This document shows positions 18,166 to 27,533 of a stretch of DNA of 64,000 bases, in pieces. How positions within the stretch are numbered: the first letter of the stretch is position 1; every line of letters begins with the position of its first letter. The position numbers were made by a program, and so were the translations under genes. Under the pieces are notes generated by a model. It made no database searches and was not told where the DNA came from. It saw nothing but the letters and a program-made list of their open reading frames with translations. The stretch covers positions 48,699-112,698 of the forward strand of contig CAZVUY010000003.1 in assembly GCA_964630525.1 (NCBI GenBank). The letters are read 5' to 3'. This stretch comes from an uncultured Candidatus Saccharibacteria bacterium. GTDB taxonomy: Bacteria; Patescibacteriota; Minisyncoccia; Phycocordibacterales; WO2-35-19.

Positions 18166-20030
18166 AATAAAGTGGAAGTTCTGGTAATTCTTTGGAGATA
18201 GGCGTAATTTTTGTCGAATAAGACCGTGTGCTTCAATAGGTTTTTTACTTCTCCCAATGAAGGTGAACCGATATCAAAAGTAGACTCAAGTATAGCTTCA
18301 TAAAGTTCCTTTATACTCTTTTTACCATCTCGCAAAAGATCCACAGCCACATTTGCAACATATTCCTCAATCTTTTTCGCGTTCTCTATTTCTCCAAGAA
18401 ACTCATCTCTAAGTTGGTAATAATCCTTATCACTTGTCGCAATCGGAATAATTACTTCATTTATTTTTCCGAGAGTGAGTGTATTCATACCCTCATTTAG
18501 GATGCATAGGATGATCATCCTATGCACAAGGTTTTTTGGAGCGGTCCCTCCGCGACTCAGTAAAACCTTTTTAGCTATTTCGGTTAGGTGAAAAAGATCC
18601 TGCTTCTTTTTTGGGGGATGCACTTTCTTTTCAAATACACAGTAGTAGTCTCCCACATAGCTTGTGTTTGAAGCCGTCTGTGATTTTGATGATACCACTG
18701 CAGGAATTTGATATTTTGCCTCAGTACAAACGAAAGATTTTTCTGAGAAAGACTCAAGAACGATCTTCCATGCACGGGGATCTAGATTATTGAAAGTCAT
18801 AATAATTTTTCCTCCTTTTTTCAGCTTGCGCTGAAATAGATCCACGATAATTGCTATATCTGCTCCGTACTTATCCCAGGAGCTTACGTATTCTTTTCTG
18901 TCAGAAACGATAATTTCGTCATCGTAGGAAACTCTTTTCTTGAGGAAGCCGTTCCAAATGGCAGAGAATTCTACATACGGAACATTATCTCCGTAAGGTG
19001 GATCAAAGAAAATACCATCGATGCTTTCATCCTCAAATTCCTCTAGCCCATTCTGAGCAGGTTTTAAATCAATTTTGGATGTCGCACCTGTATTTTTGTA
19101 ACTACTTGCGAGAGCCTCAAGTCCTTTAACAAATTTTTTGTATCTAGCCTGTAGGTGAATCACTGGATTTGTTTCAAGGTGTAATGGAGCAATCCAAAAA
19201 CCTGGGATAGTCCATGCAGGCCCGCCTGTACTCAGGTTATTTCTGTAAGGTATAAGTCGTGACGATTGCGCAACGGAAGATGTTAAAAGTAAGAGTGCAG
19301 CATTTCTAATAGAATCTTTTTTTATCTTATGGGCTTTATCGAAGAGTTGGGAAAGTACATAAAATGCTCTAGGGGTGAACAGGTCAGAAAGTTGCATTCC
19401 CGGAAAAGCCAGAATTCTACGATTAATCAATAAATTTTCACTGTCTATCCTGGGAATTTTCTGAATAATAGATTCCTGTTTTTCAATAGCCTTTTTATCT
19501 ATATAAACTTCATTATCACGAGTGATAATTTTTACGATCCTAGTGCCTGTAAACTTTTCAAAATTAAAATACAGTCTTTCGTCACATTTCGCGCAGTGGT
19601 ATTTAGACCCTTTTTTTATTGCATTATCAATTGATCCAATGGTGTTGCAAGAAGGACACTCTGATTCCATGCGATGCACTAAGTACCGGACGTCCTTTCC
19701 ATCGAGGGTATAGAGTTCCTTAAAAGAATCCGCAAACGAAATCAGGTTCTCAATTTCGTGATTAAATTCCTCCACAGTAGGGGGATTAACTGTGACTTCA
19801 GAAAGTAGTTGAGCTAACGGATTTATGTCGAAACCCCTAGAATTAATCCCCAGCTTTTTTGCCTCAGCCAAGAAAACTCCACTTCCACAAAAAGGATCTA
19901 CTACTAAATCACCAGGCTTAAAATGTGACCTTATATATCCATGTAGAATATTTGAAGGCTTTCGTGCCCAGTACTTATGAATTAGGTATTCATTGGGATG
20001 GGTCTCAGCCATCAGTGCTCTTGAGCTCAT
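18162..20030 (-). CDS. DNA amino-methyltransferase (N6A/N4C) with zinc ribbon
   Basis: HKYWARKP, DPFCGSG (motif I), FDPPY (motif IV), CPSC/CAKC. Confidence 0.9.
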   Translation of the reverse strand: MSSRALMAETHPNEYLIHKYWARKPSNILHGYIRSHFKPGDLVVDPFCGSGVFLAEAKKLGINSRGFDINPLAQLLSEVTVNPPTVEEFNHEIENLISFADSFKELYTLDGKDVRYLVHRMESECPSCNTIGSIDNAIKKGSKYHCAKCDERLYFNFEKFTGTRIVKIITRDNEVYIDKKAIEKQESIIQKIPRIDSENLLINRRILAFPGMQLSDLFTPRAFYVLSQLFDKAHKIKKDSIRNAALLLLTSSVAQSSRLIPYRNNLSTGGPAWTIPGFWIAPLHLETNPVIHLQARYKKFVKGLEALASSYKNTGATSKIDLKPAQNGLEEFEDESIDGIFFDPPYGDNVPYVEFSAIWNGFLKKRVSYDDEIIVSDRKEYVSSWDKYGADIAIIVDLFQRKLKKGGKIIMTFNNLDPRAWKIVLESFSEKSFVCTEAKYQIPAVVSSKSQTASNTSYVGDYYCVFEKKVHPPKKKQDLFHLTEIAKKVLLSRGGTAPKNLVHRMIILCILNEGMNTLTLGKINEVIIPIATSDKDYYQLRDEFLGEIENAKKIEEYVANVAVDLLRDGKKSIKELYEAILESTFDIGSPSLGEVKNLLKHTVLFDKNYAYLQRITRTSTLF

Positions 20031-21277
20031 GTTTTCTTAAGAATTACCATTAGGTCACAAAGGTTAATTCCAACGTCTCCACCTTTTCTTCGTTGGCTTG
20101 CAGCCCATGAAGCCTCAGTGAACTTAGGTATTCTGAGAGCTACTTTTTCCACATTATATACATCTTTCAATCTGTGGATTAGATTATGTGTGACAGGTAT
20201 ATATTGACCTTTGATAACAGTGTCGCCAATCATTAAGACAACTCTACCATCAGACTCTAAGTAGCCGTTTAGGTTTCGAAGCCCGTTCTCCATATCATTA
20301 AGATATTCCTCAACTTTTTCTGGCTTTCCAACTTTAAATGCTTCTCTAATTTCACCTTTTCGAATAGATGCATGATCTATATCAAGCCAGGCCAGTTCAA
20401 GTGAATTAACTCCACTGTATTTATATGAATTAAAGTAAGGTGGATGACAGATAATTAATTTAGCAACCTGGTCCTTGCTATTTGGCGTATCAAATATAGA
20501 TCGAACTTCAATATTAATAACCGACTTCCTGGTTTTGGGTAGTTCAGGGGCTGACTCCGCAATTTCTAATGCTTTTTTAAGAAAGAAAGGGAAGGCATCC
20601 TTTTCAGCCGTCTCCACATCTAGAAAAAGTCTCCCTTGTTGTGTTGTCGCCCGCGAAACCCTACGGACGATACCCAAGAAAGCAACCATTAAAGCGTCTT
20701 TAATTTCAGAAGAGTAACTCAGATTCTTAACCCCTGTTCGAATCTTTTCAAGAGAAATAATTGTTTCTGGTAGAAACCAATGATCGGGGTTTCTTAGTCC
20801 CGTTAAAACAGGTTTTTTTATCCTTTTTGAATTTGTATAAAAATCTCTTACTTCATTGAGAGCTTGGAGATAGTCTTCCTTGTCAATCTTTGTAGTTTTA
20901 ACTCGTGATATCAGTACAGACAGAGGGTTGATATCGAAGCAAGAAGCCTGTCTCTTTAATAAGAGGGCTTCTAGTGCTGTGGTTCCACTACCACACATGG
21001 GATCAATAACCAAATCATTTTCCTTCGTGTATTCTTTAATTGCATGTCTTGCAATAGGAGGGGGGAATTTACCAAAATATCTGAAAATGCCATGAGATAA
21101 ATAAGACAGTGTTTTGTTTGAGGCACTAGAAGTCCAAACCTCGATATCTTTTGAAAGTTCCTTGATTCTGCTCCTATTTATTAAATCAGCATACTTTTCC
21201 TGAATTTCGTGGCTTGAAAAATCAACAATTTCAAGTTCTGGGATATTATCTTTTACGTTATAGATAGACATCAGCAA
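20027..21277 (-). CDS. DNA amino-methyltransferase (probably N4-cytosine)
   Basis: HGIFRYFGKFPP, DPMCGSGTT, CHPPY. Confidence 0.9.
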   Translation of the reverse strand: MLMSIYNVKDNIPELEIVDFSSHEIQEKYADLINRSRIKELSKDIEVWTSSASNKTLSYLSHGIFRYFGKFPPPIARHAIKEYTKENDLVIDPMCGSGTTALEALLLKRQASCFDINPLSVLISRVKTTKIDKEDYLQALNEVRDFYTNSKRIKKPVLTGLRNPDHWFLPETIISLEKIRTGVKNLSYSSEIKDALMVAFLGIVRRVSRATTQQGRLFLDVETAEKDAFPFFLKKALEIAESAPELPKTRKSVINIEVRSIFDTPNSKDQVAKLIICHPPYFNSYKYSGVNSLELAWLDIDHASIRKGEIREAFKVGKPEKVEEYLNDMENGLRNLNGYLESDGRVVLMIGDTVIKGQYIPVTHNLIHRLKDVYNVEKVALRIPKFTEASWAASQRRKGGDVGINLCDLMVILKKT

Positions 21278-21321
21278 TGTATATAGAATATGTTTGCAAT
21301 GTAATTATATCAGTAAAGTCT

Positions 21322-22638
21322 TTAATTTAACGATACCCGCTTGTTGATAAGTGTAATTTTCCCCCTTAAACAGCCGAGCAATTCTCTTTTTTCAAAATCT
21401 TTCCCTTCTCTAAGAATATATTTAGCATAATTACGAATATCTATTTCAGGTATATCAGGCCTTTCCCTGTTACCTAGTAGTACCCTTTGAAATTTTTTAT
21501 ACCTCTCCACTTCTTCTTTTATCTTCTTATTTATGCCGAGTTCGTCTATCTCGATCTGATCAATTAATTTCTCAAACTGAGTGATTAGATCATTCTCGTT
21601 GATATAGTTACCCTTACAATCCACCCCTTTACTCCTTGAACATCCGTAGTAGACATGTCTGTTCACGCTTCCACTCTTTAGCTTCTTAAATTTCTCCTCT
21701 GCTGTTATTCCGGAGCTGCATAGCCCACAAACCATCAACTTGGTAAAAGCAAACTCCTTATTTGAACCTCTAACGTAATCTATTCGCATATTTTCTTGCA
21801 CCATATCAAACAATTCTTTCGTTATGATAGGTTCGTGCTTGCCCTTATACCAATTACCGCTTTTTGTTGGAAACTCAAATGTGCCGTAATAGAAGTGATT
21901 GCATAATATCCGATGAACATTTCCTATGCTTAGGTTTTTATTTCCATTGGCTGTCCTAAAATTAAGATCAAATTTAAGCCAATTATAAATTTTCCTTGTT
22001 GACCACTTTTCGTAGGCTGCTTTTTCAAACATTTTCTTAATAATTGGCGCTCTCTCTGGATCTATCATCACATATCCCTTTCTATCGATTCTCTTTTCCG
22101 TAAGGTAGCCAGTCGGTGCAACAGATGGCCACAATCCCATTTCTACTCTAGCTCTCAACCCTCGTTTTACGTTTATGCTTTTATTATCGTTTTCAAGTTT
22201 TGCCTGAGAACATAGAATCATTAGTAGAAATTTTTCGCTCGGAGTGTTCGTAAAGGTTTGGCCGTAGGTTCTAATTTGTGTCAGTTTTTTCTCATCCATT
22301 AAATCAACAATTGATCCCAGATCTCCGGCGTTTCTAGACAATCTATCTGGATGCCAAACTAGTATTCCGTTGAATCTATCTCTCCTTAGATCCTCAAGAA
22401 TCTCTTTAAATACTGGCCGTTGCCCTGAATCCTTGGCAGAATGGGCTTCTCGTCGTATGTCTACAATCTCAAGGCTTTCTCGCTCAGCTATAGCGAGCAT
22501 TTCTTTAACCTGAGACTCAATTGATAAGGCCTGCTTTTCATCTTGTTCTGTTGATTTACGAGCATATAAGCAATACCTAACTTTTATTACTGGTATTGGT
22601 AATGGATTGCCGATTAGGGCAGTTGCTTGCGTTTCCAT
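21322..22638 (-). CDS. Large serine recombinase (integrase)
   Basis: YARKS catalytic Ser, DRLSRN, PTGY, GKHEPII recombinase domain, CGLC...YYGC...C zinc ribbon. Confidence 0.95.
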   Translation of the reverse strand: METQATALIGNPLPIPVIKVRYCLYARKSTEQDEKQALSIESQVKEMLAIAERESLEIVDIRREAHSAKDSGQRPVFKEILEDLRRDRFNGILVWHPDRLSRNAGDLGSIVDLMDEKKLTQIRTYGQTFTNTPSEKFLLMILCSQAKLENDNKSINVKRGLRARVEMGLWPSVAPTGYLTEKRIDRKGYVMIDPERAPIIKKMFEKAAYEKWSTRKIYNWLKFDLNFRTANGNKNLSIGNVHRILCNHFYYGTFEFPTKSGNWYKGKHEPIITKELFDMVQENMRIDYVRGSNKEFAFTKLMVCGLCSSGITAEEKFKKLKSGSVNRHVYYGCSRSKGVDCKGNYINENDLITQFEKLIDQIEIDELGINKKIKEEVERYKKFQRVLLGNRERPDIPEIDIRNYAKYILREGKDFEKRELLGCLRGKITLINKRVSLN

Positions 22639-22666
22639 GTATATATTGATGACAGACCCCAAAACC

Positions 22667-22682
22667 CTGCATAGCTATGCAG
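22667..22682. promoter_or_regulatory. Perfect 16-bp palindrome upstream of the recombinase
   Basis: ctgcatagctatgcag. Confidence 0.45.
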
Positions 22683-22778
22683 AACTAAGAAAACGTCGCA
22701 TACTCGCGTTTAGGGCTTAGCAAAAGCTCTGTAGTGCGATAGATTCAAATGGATAGCCGTAAGTGCTATCATGTAAAT

Positions 22779-22968
22779 ACAACTGAATATTGGCCCGTAA
22801 AGGGCAGGACCTAAACCCGAAAGGGCATGGTCCCAAATTCGCAAGCAACATAGAGAACCCGTCATTAGGGCGTTGCTTGCGTTACTAGGGGAAACCCTAG
22901 TAGAGGAGTCCGCGAGGCCCTTCCTAGTGGCGGGCTTTCTGTTTCTATTAAAAACGCAAGCAACAAAC
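22779..22968 (+). ncRNA. Structured leader / candidate antisense RNA (P4 CI / P1 C4-like architecture)
   Basis: Extended -10 TGcTATCAT at 22764-22772; GAAA, GAAA and GCGA tetraloop hairpins; 12-bp closing stem 22858-22869/22923-22934; GUUGCUUGCG complementary to three CGCAAGCAAC sites. Confidence 0.6.
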
Positions 22969-23847
22969 ATGATTAAGAAAATATTACTGGGGCTAATTGG
23001 AGGCTTTGTCCTACTCGTATGGATCGGATCAATGCTTCCAGATGTCCCAAGGGAGGAAGTAAGCCAAGATAAAGTTTCTGTCTCATCTGATGTTCAAGAA
23101 GCAACTGCTCCTCAAATATCAATACAAGAAACTAGTTCAGTTACGAATCAATCTCCTACTACTGAAACCGCAACCAAGTCAGTCCAAACGACTCAATCAA
23201 GTCCCACTACAGCCCCGCAATACACATATTATTCAGTAACTGATGTGGTAGACGGAGATACGGTCAAAGTGAATATAAATGGAACTGTAACAACTCTTCG
23301 ATTGATTGGAATGGATACGCCAGAGACTGTTGATCCCAGAAAACCAGTTCAATGCTTTGGTAAAGAAGCATCTAACAAAGCAAAAGAATTACTTTCAGGA
23401 AAGAAAGTAAGACTTGAGATGGATCCAAGCCAAGGAACTCTCGATACTTATGGCAGAACTCTTGCTTATATCTACCGAGAAGACGGTTTGTTCTTTAACA
23501 AATACATGATTGAGCAGGGGTATGCCCACGAGTATACCTACCGAACTCCATACAAATACCAGGCTGAATTTAAAACTGCTCAAAAGACAGCTCAAACCAA
23601 TCAGGCGGGACTGTGGTCTCCAAGTACCTGTAACGGAGATACGACCTCCTCTTCCGAAACTGTCCCAGCCACTACTTCATCAGGTGGAAAGTTCTACACC
23701 TCATCACACTACAGTGCGAAATATTACTATCCAGAGGCATGTAATGGTTGGGAAAGTCTAAGTCCAACTTATCTCAAATCATTCGATACCCTAGAAGCTT
23801 TATTGGCTTCTTATCCTTCGAGAACTAAGAGCCCACAGTGTCAGTAG
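22969..23847 (+). CDS. Membrane-anchored thermonuclease (SNase-like)
   Basis: N-terminal TM, S/T-rich linker, VVDGDT, RLIGMDTPE, DTYGRTLAY, GLWS. Confidence 0.93.
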   Translation: MIKKILLGLIGGFVLLVWIGSMLPDVPREEVSQDKVSVSSDVQEATAPQISIQETSSVTNQSPTTETATKSVQTTQSSPTTAPQYTYYSVTDVVDGDTVKVNINGTVTTLRLIGMDTPETVDPRKPVQCFGKEASNKAKELLSGKKVRLEMDPSQGTLDTYGRTLAYIYREDGLFFNKYMIEQGYAHEYTYRTPYKYQAEFKTAQKTAQTNQAGLWSPSTCNGDTTSSSETVPATTSSGGKFYTSSHYSAKYYYPEACNGWESLSPTYLKSFDTLEALLASYPSRTKSPQCQ

Positions 23848-24247
23848 TCTGGTTACTTTCTGTCTTGCCCCTGCTTGAGGTCGGCTCATTTTTACCATGT
23901 CTAATGATCACCTCAAAACCTTCCGATCTTTTTACTCCCATTAATTCAGCAATCAACCCTTTCGGTCTTGGTCGTACGTAGTTTTTATGATGATTATCAA
24001 GCCAATACTTCACAGCCCACTTTTCACCCCTTTGCATAGCCAAAAATAATTTACTATGTGCCAAATCATTTCCTGTTTCTTCTCCTAACTGCATGGCCTT
24101 ATCCATTTCTTTTCTGAACGCAGGATCTTTTTCTCGCCATTGGTAAACTGTGTTTCTTGCGATTCCAAGATTCTTGCAGACAACCGAGACATTCGGAAGT
24201 AGGCATAATTCCTCCAGAAGCTTTTTAGATTTTCGGTACTTCTTCAT
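23825..24247 (-). CDS. HTH protein resembling a phage terminase small subunit
   Basis: NVSVVCKNLGIARNTVYQWREKDPAF and AVKYWL; directly after a ParB-methylase, as in many phages. Confidence 0.65.
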   Translation of the reverse strand: MKKYRKSKKLLEELCLLPNVSVVCKNLGIARNTVYQWREKDPAFRKEMDKAMQLGEETGNDLAHSKLFLAMQRGEKWAVKYWLDNHHKNYVRPRPKGLIAELMGVKRSEGFEVIIRHGKNEPTSSRGKTESNQTTDTVGS

Positions 24248-25508
24248 CTCTTAATACTTCAGCAGTTAACCCGGTGAGTTTTTCCCAACGCTTAACAATG
24301 AGATCGCAAAATATTGGCTCGAGCTCAATCCCATAGACTCTACGCTTTAATTGTTCTCCTGCGATTAGGGTACTACCAGAACCTAGGAAGCTATCCAAAA
24401 TCACGTCTCCAGGCCTTGTGCAGCGTAGGATGGCCTTCTCATGGAGCTTCGGTGGCTTTGAGGTAGCATGTTCGTAATCTTTGCCTGCCAATCTCTTAAC
24501 AGCCCAGATATCTCCAATCTGATCTAACATCTCGTTTCCTGTACTAATTTCTTTATTTAAAACCTCGTTAAGATCTTGCTTATCAGTTGAGAGATACGGA
24601 GAGCCTTTAGTGCCATAGGTACAAGGTTCGTAACACTTGTTGAATGCAACTGTAGGAGTGGGGTTGTGGCCATTCTTTACCCACAAGCACACTCGCTTAT
24701 TGTTAATTCCAAGTTCGGCGTAAAGAGTCTGCATGAGCCAAATGTATCGCTGATCCGACCAGTAAAAAATGTGGAAATCTTTCTTGGCTACGGAAAGAGC
24801 GTTTACCATAGAACTTCTAATTAGATTTCTGTACGCCTCTTCAGTGCGATTGTCCTCGACTTTACCACCGTAACCTCTTTTACCGCCGATACCTTTGTCA
24901 TAACTTACGTTCAGGTTATAGATAGGGTCCGAATAGATCATGGACGTCTTCTCATCCTCGAATAGTTTATGGACCACTTTTGGGTCAGTAGAGTCGCCAC
25001 AAATAATCTTGTGCTTACCCAGAGTGATAACATCTCCGAGTTTAGTCTTAGGTTCCCTAATCTTCTTGACCTCTTTTTCTACATCGAAGTCGTCGTCTTC
25101 AACTTCTGCATCCTTAGCCCAGATGTTATCTAACTCAATTTGGTCAAAACCGATATCCACCAGTAGATCCACATCAAAGTCCTTGAGTTTCTCGAAATCC
25201 CAGTCTCCAATCACGGCGTTACTCGTGAGCATATATCTTTTGTATTCATCTTCCGTTAGTTTACGATTTGGTACTCTCACTTCAATTTCTTCCTTACCTC
25301 TGCCAAGAATTTGGAGGGCTCTGATTCTTTGATGTCCGGCGCAGATCTTGCCATCTAGGTCTATTGCTGGAATTTCTACTAGATTAAACTTCTTTAAACT
25401 TTTCTTAAGATCTTCCATTGTCTTGTCCGACATAACCCTTGGGTTCTTAGGGGAGGGTAAGAGGGCGTCGACTGTACGTTTTTCCGTATGCCATATAAGT
25501 TTTTTCAT
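24225..25508 (-). CDS. ParB-like N-terminal domain fused to a DNA methyltransferase
   Basis: NPR...AGHQRIRAL ParB motif; LGKHKIICGDS, SDPIYN, HATSKP, LDSFLGSGSTLIA. Confidence 0.9.
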   Translation of the reverse strand: MKKLIWHTEKRTVDALLPSPKNPRVMSDKTMEDLKKSLKKFNLVEIPAIDLDGKICAGHQRIRALQILGRGKEEIEVRVPNRKLTEDEYKRYMLTSNAVIGDWDFEKLKDFDVDLLVDIGFDQIELDNIWAKDAEVEDDDFDVEKEVKKIREPKTKLGDVITLGKHKIICGDSTDPKVVHKLFEDEKTSMIYSDPIYNLNVSYDKGIGGKRGYGGKVEDNRTEEAYRNLIRSSMVNALSVAKKDFHIFYWSDQRYIWLMQTLYAELGINNKRVCLWVKNGHNPTPTVAFNKCYEPCTYGTKGSPYLSTDKQDLNEVLNKEISTGNEMLDQIGDIWAVKRLAGKDYEHATSKPPKLHEKAILRCTRPGDVILDSFLGSGSTLIAGEQLKRRVYGIELEPIFCDLIVKRWEKLTGLTAEVLRDEEVPKI

Positions 25509-25628
25509 ATTGTTGGTGATTAGCTTTGTAACCACTTCTAGACCTTACGCAAAACGGGCCCACAACGCCGATCCCGTAGGATCTGCTTTGTGGGCCCGTA
25601 GGCTCCGAATCTATGTAAGTGTGCTTAA

Positions 25629-25691
25629 AGTTTATATCCACCCGTAAAGGGTGTCAAGATGCTTTACAAAATCTGTGGATTGGGCGATAAT
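25629..25691. promoter_or_regulatory. Back-to-back sigma70 promoters with putative operator
   Basis: Minus: TTGACA-17-TAAACT (25657-25629) with palindrome CACCCGTAAAGGGTG in the spacer; plus: TTTACA-17-GATAAT (25663-25691). Confidence 0.65.
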
Positions 25692-25697
25692 GAAAGT

Positions 25698-26345
25698 ATG
25701 CATCAAACACAGCAGAAATTACTTGACCTGATTGGTCGCCAAGACCTGGGGAAAATGAGCCTAAGGCAGATTGCTAAGCTCGTGGGGGTTGAAAATAAGC
25801 CTCAGATCGTGAAGCATCATCTTCTTCAGCTTGAGAAGGCGGGGCTTATTCAGCTTAACCTCGAAAGTGGCATAATCCGTCTCACTAGCCGAGGGTTTAA
25901 CCCATCTCCTGTTAAGAGCATTTTCTACTCTATTCCCATTGTGGGTGCCGCTAACTGTGGCCCAGCAAATATTTTTGCAGAAGAAAGAGTTGAGGGGTAT
26001 CTAAAGGTATCTTCAAAAATGCTTCCCCGCAGGAGAAATGATCTCTATGTGCTTATAGCTGACGGACCATCCATGAACCGGGCGGAAGTGGTTGATGGCA
26101 AAACCATCGATAGTGGCGACTTCGTTATTGTTGACCGTTCATATAATACCCCTAAGGATGGTGACATCGTCGTGGCTGTTATTGACGGCATGGCGACAAT
26201 CAAAAGATATCGGGAAGATAAGGATCACGATCAAATTATTCTCGAGGCGGAATCTACTGAGAAATTTCTTCCAGTCTTTATCCACGAGGGAGACGATTTC
26301 GTGATTAGCGGTAAGGTTATCAATGTTATTAAGAATCCAAAATAA
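25698..26345 (+). CDS. LexA/CI-like repressor with S24 autopeptidase domain
   Basis: N-terminal wHTH (SLRQIAKLVG...HHLLQLEKAG), NCG cleavage site, GPSM Ser, ATIKR Lys. Confidence 0.9.
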   Translation: MHQTQQKLLDLIGRQDLGKMSLRQIAKLVGVENKPQIVKHHLLQLEKAGLIQLNLESGIIRLTSRGFNPSPVKSIFYSIPIVGAANCGPANIFAEERVEGYLKVSSKMLPRRRNDLYVLIADGPSMNRAEVVDGKTIDSGDFVIVDRSYNTPKDGDIVVAVIDGMATIKRYREDKDHDQIILEAESTEKFLPVFIHEGDDFVISGKVINVIKNPK

Positions 26346-26347
26346 TT

Positions 26348-26587
26348 ATGGTTAAGAAAAATATTCACACGGTCTACAACAGTGACCGCAAGATGTGGGA
26401 GACAAAGAAGGAAGGACAAGCAAAACCACTCGCTTCATCACACACTAAGGATGCGGCAGAGGAGAAGTCTATTCGCGAAGCAAAGAAAGCAGGGGTTGAG
26501 CATGTGATCCACAACAAGGACGGCAAGATCTCTGACAAAGACAGTTACGGCAAGGACTCCAACCCTCCAATCGATAGGAAACACTAA
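26348..26587 (+). CDS. DUF2188-family small protein
   Basis: HTV...WETKKEG...TKDAAE...IHNKDGKISDKDSYGKD pattern. Confidence 0.85.
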   Translation: MVKKNIHTVYNSDRKMWETKKEGQAKPLASSHTKDAAEEKSIREAKKAGVEHVIHNKDGKISDKDSYGKDSNPPIDRKH

Positions 26588-26599
26588 TTACCAACTCCG

Positions 26600-27520
26600 A
26601 TGATGACTGTCTTTACATGGCTACTAGCTAAATTTGCTGAAACGGCATTTGGCGGTGTAATCATGGAAGGACTTGAGCACTATTTCCCAGATTTATTTAA
26701 GGGAAAGACAAAAGAATTGGTAGATGTTTATGAGAAAAGAATTAGGGAGAAGAATAAGAAAATTAGAGAGCTAGAAAAAGCAAAGACAAAGGAACAGCAA
26801 CGCCATGATGAAGAGGAATCAAGACTTATTGATTCATTGAAAAGAAGGAGCATAGCGACGGATAAATTGATTGAGCAGTACCACAAACCCCTGAATGCAA
26901 TATTAATTTCGTATGCCACACAACGAGAAGATGTGGGTGGGAGAAATAAAGAGTCCCATTTTCTTAAAGAAGAGTTAGAGAAATATAACTCTAAGTACCT
27001 AGGTGGAACAGATGTTCTTATTCCTCCCGCCCATGTTCCTTCAGGTATAAAAAGCCAGGGCGATTTAAAGAAATGGTTTGAGGAAGATATTTTGAAGGGT
27101 CGATATTGCAAGATAAAGTTTATGATCTTGTTTGATATAAAGAAGTCTGCTTTTTGGGGCACATATTTGCCCTACATTCAAAAGAAACCCATGCATCACA
27201 GTGTTGGTGAAGTCCTAAGTGTCGGAGATGTTTTCACAGAGGAGCAAATTAATAAATTGGCTCTAAGTGAGATTATTAAATCTGGCGATATAGCTTGGTT
27301 GGCATCATCAGTTATATCTGAGGCTGAAATAGAGATCATATTAAGAAACCAAAAAAAGATTGAGCAAGAGATTGGCAATCCTTCTTTAAGAGTGGTTGCT
27401 GATGGTGATATTAAAGTAAAATTATCCTCTGCATTATCAAAATTTATACAAAGTGCTGATTCTGTGGCTGACGCAATTATTGATGAGGCCAAGTTTTGGA
27501 ATGAAAAGATTAAGGGTTAA
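26600..27520 (+). CDS. Hypothetical protein with N-terminal coiled coil
   Basis: 306-aa AT-rich ORF in island operon. Confidence 0.75.
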   Translation: MMTVFTWLLAKFAETAFGGVIMEGLEHYFPDLFKGKTKELVDVYEKRIREKNKKIRELEKAKTKEQQRHDEEESRLIDSLKRRSIATDKLIEQYHKPLNAILISYATQREDVGGRNKESHFLKEELEKYNSKYLGGTDVLIPPAHVPSGIKSQGDLKKWFEEDILKGRYCKIKFMILFDIKKSAFWGTYLPYIQKKPMHHSVGEVLSVGDVFTEEQINKLALSEIIKSGDIAWLASSVISEAEIEIILRNQKKIEQEIGNPSLRVVADGDIKVKLSSALSKFIQSADSVADAIIDEAKFWNEKIKG

Positions 27521-27533
27521 AGATTAAAATCTT

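Noticed and set aside
22873-22968. N-terminal extension of the thermonuclease ORF
   Set aside because: TTG start inside the structured RNA; the signal-anchor sequence begins at ATG 22969.
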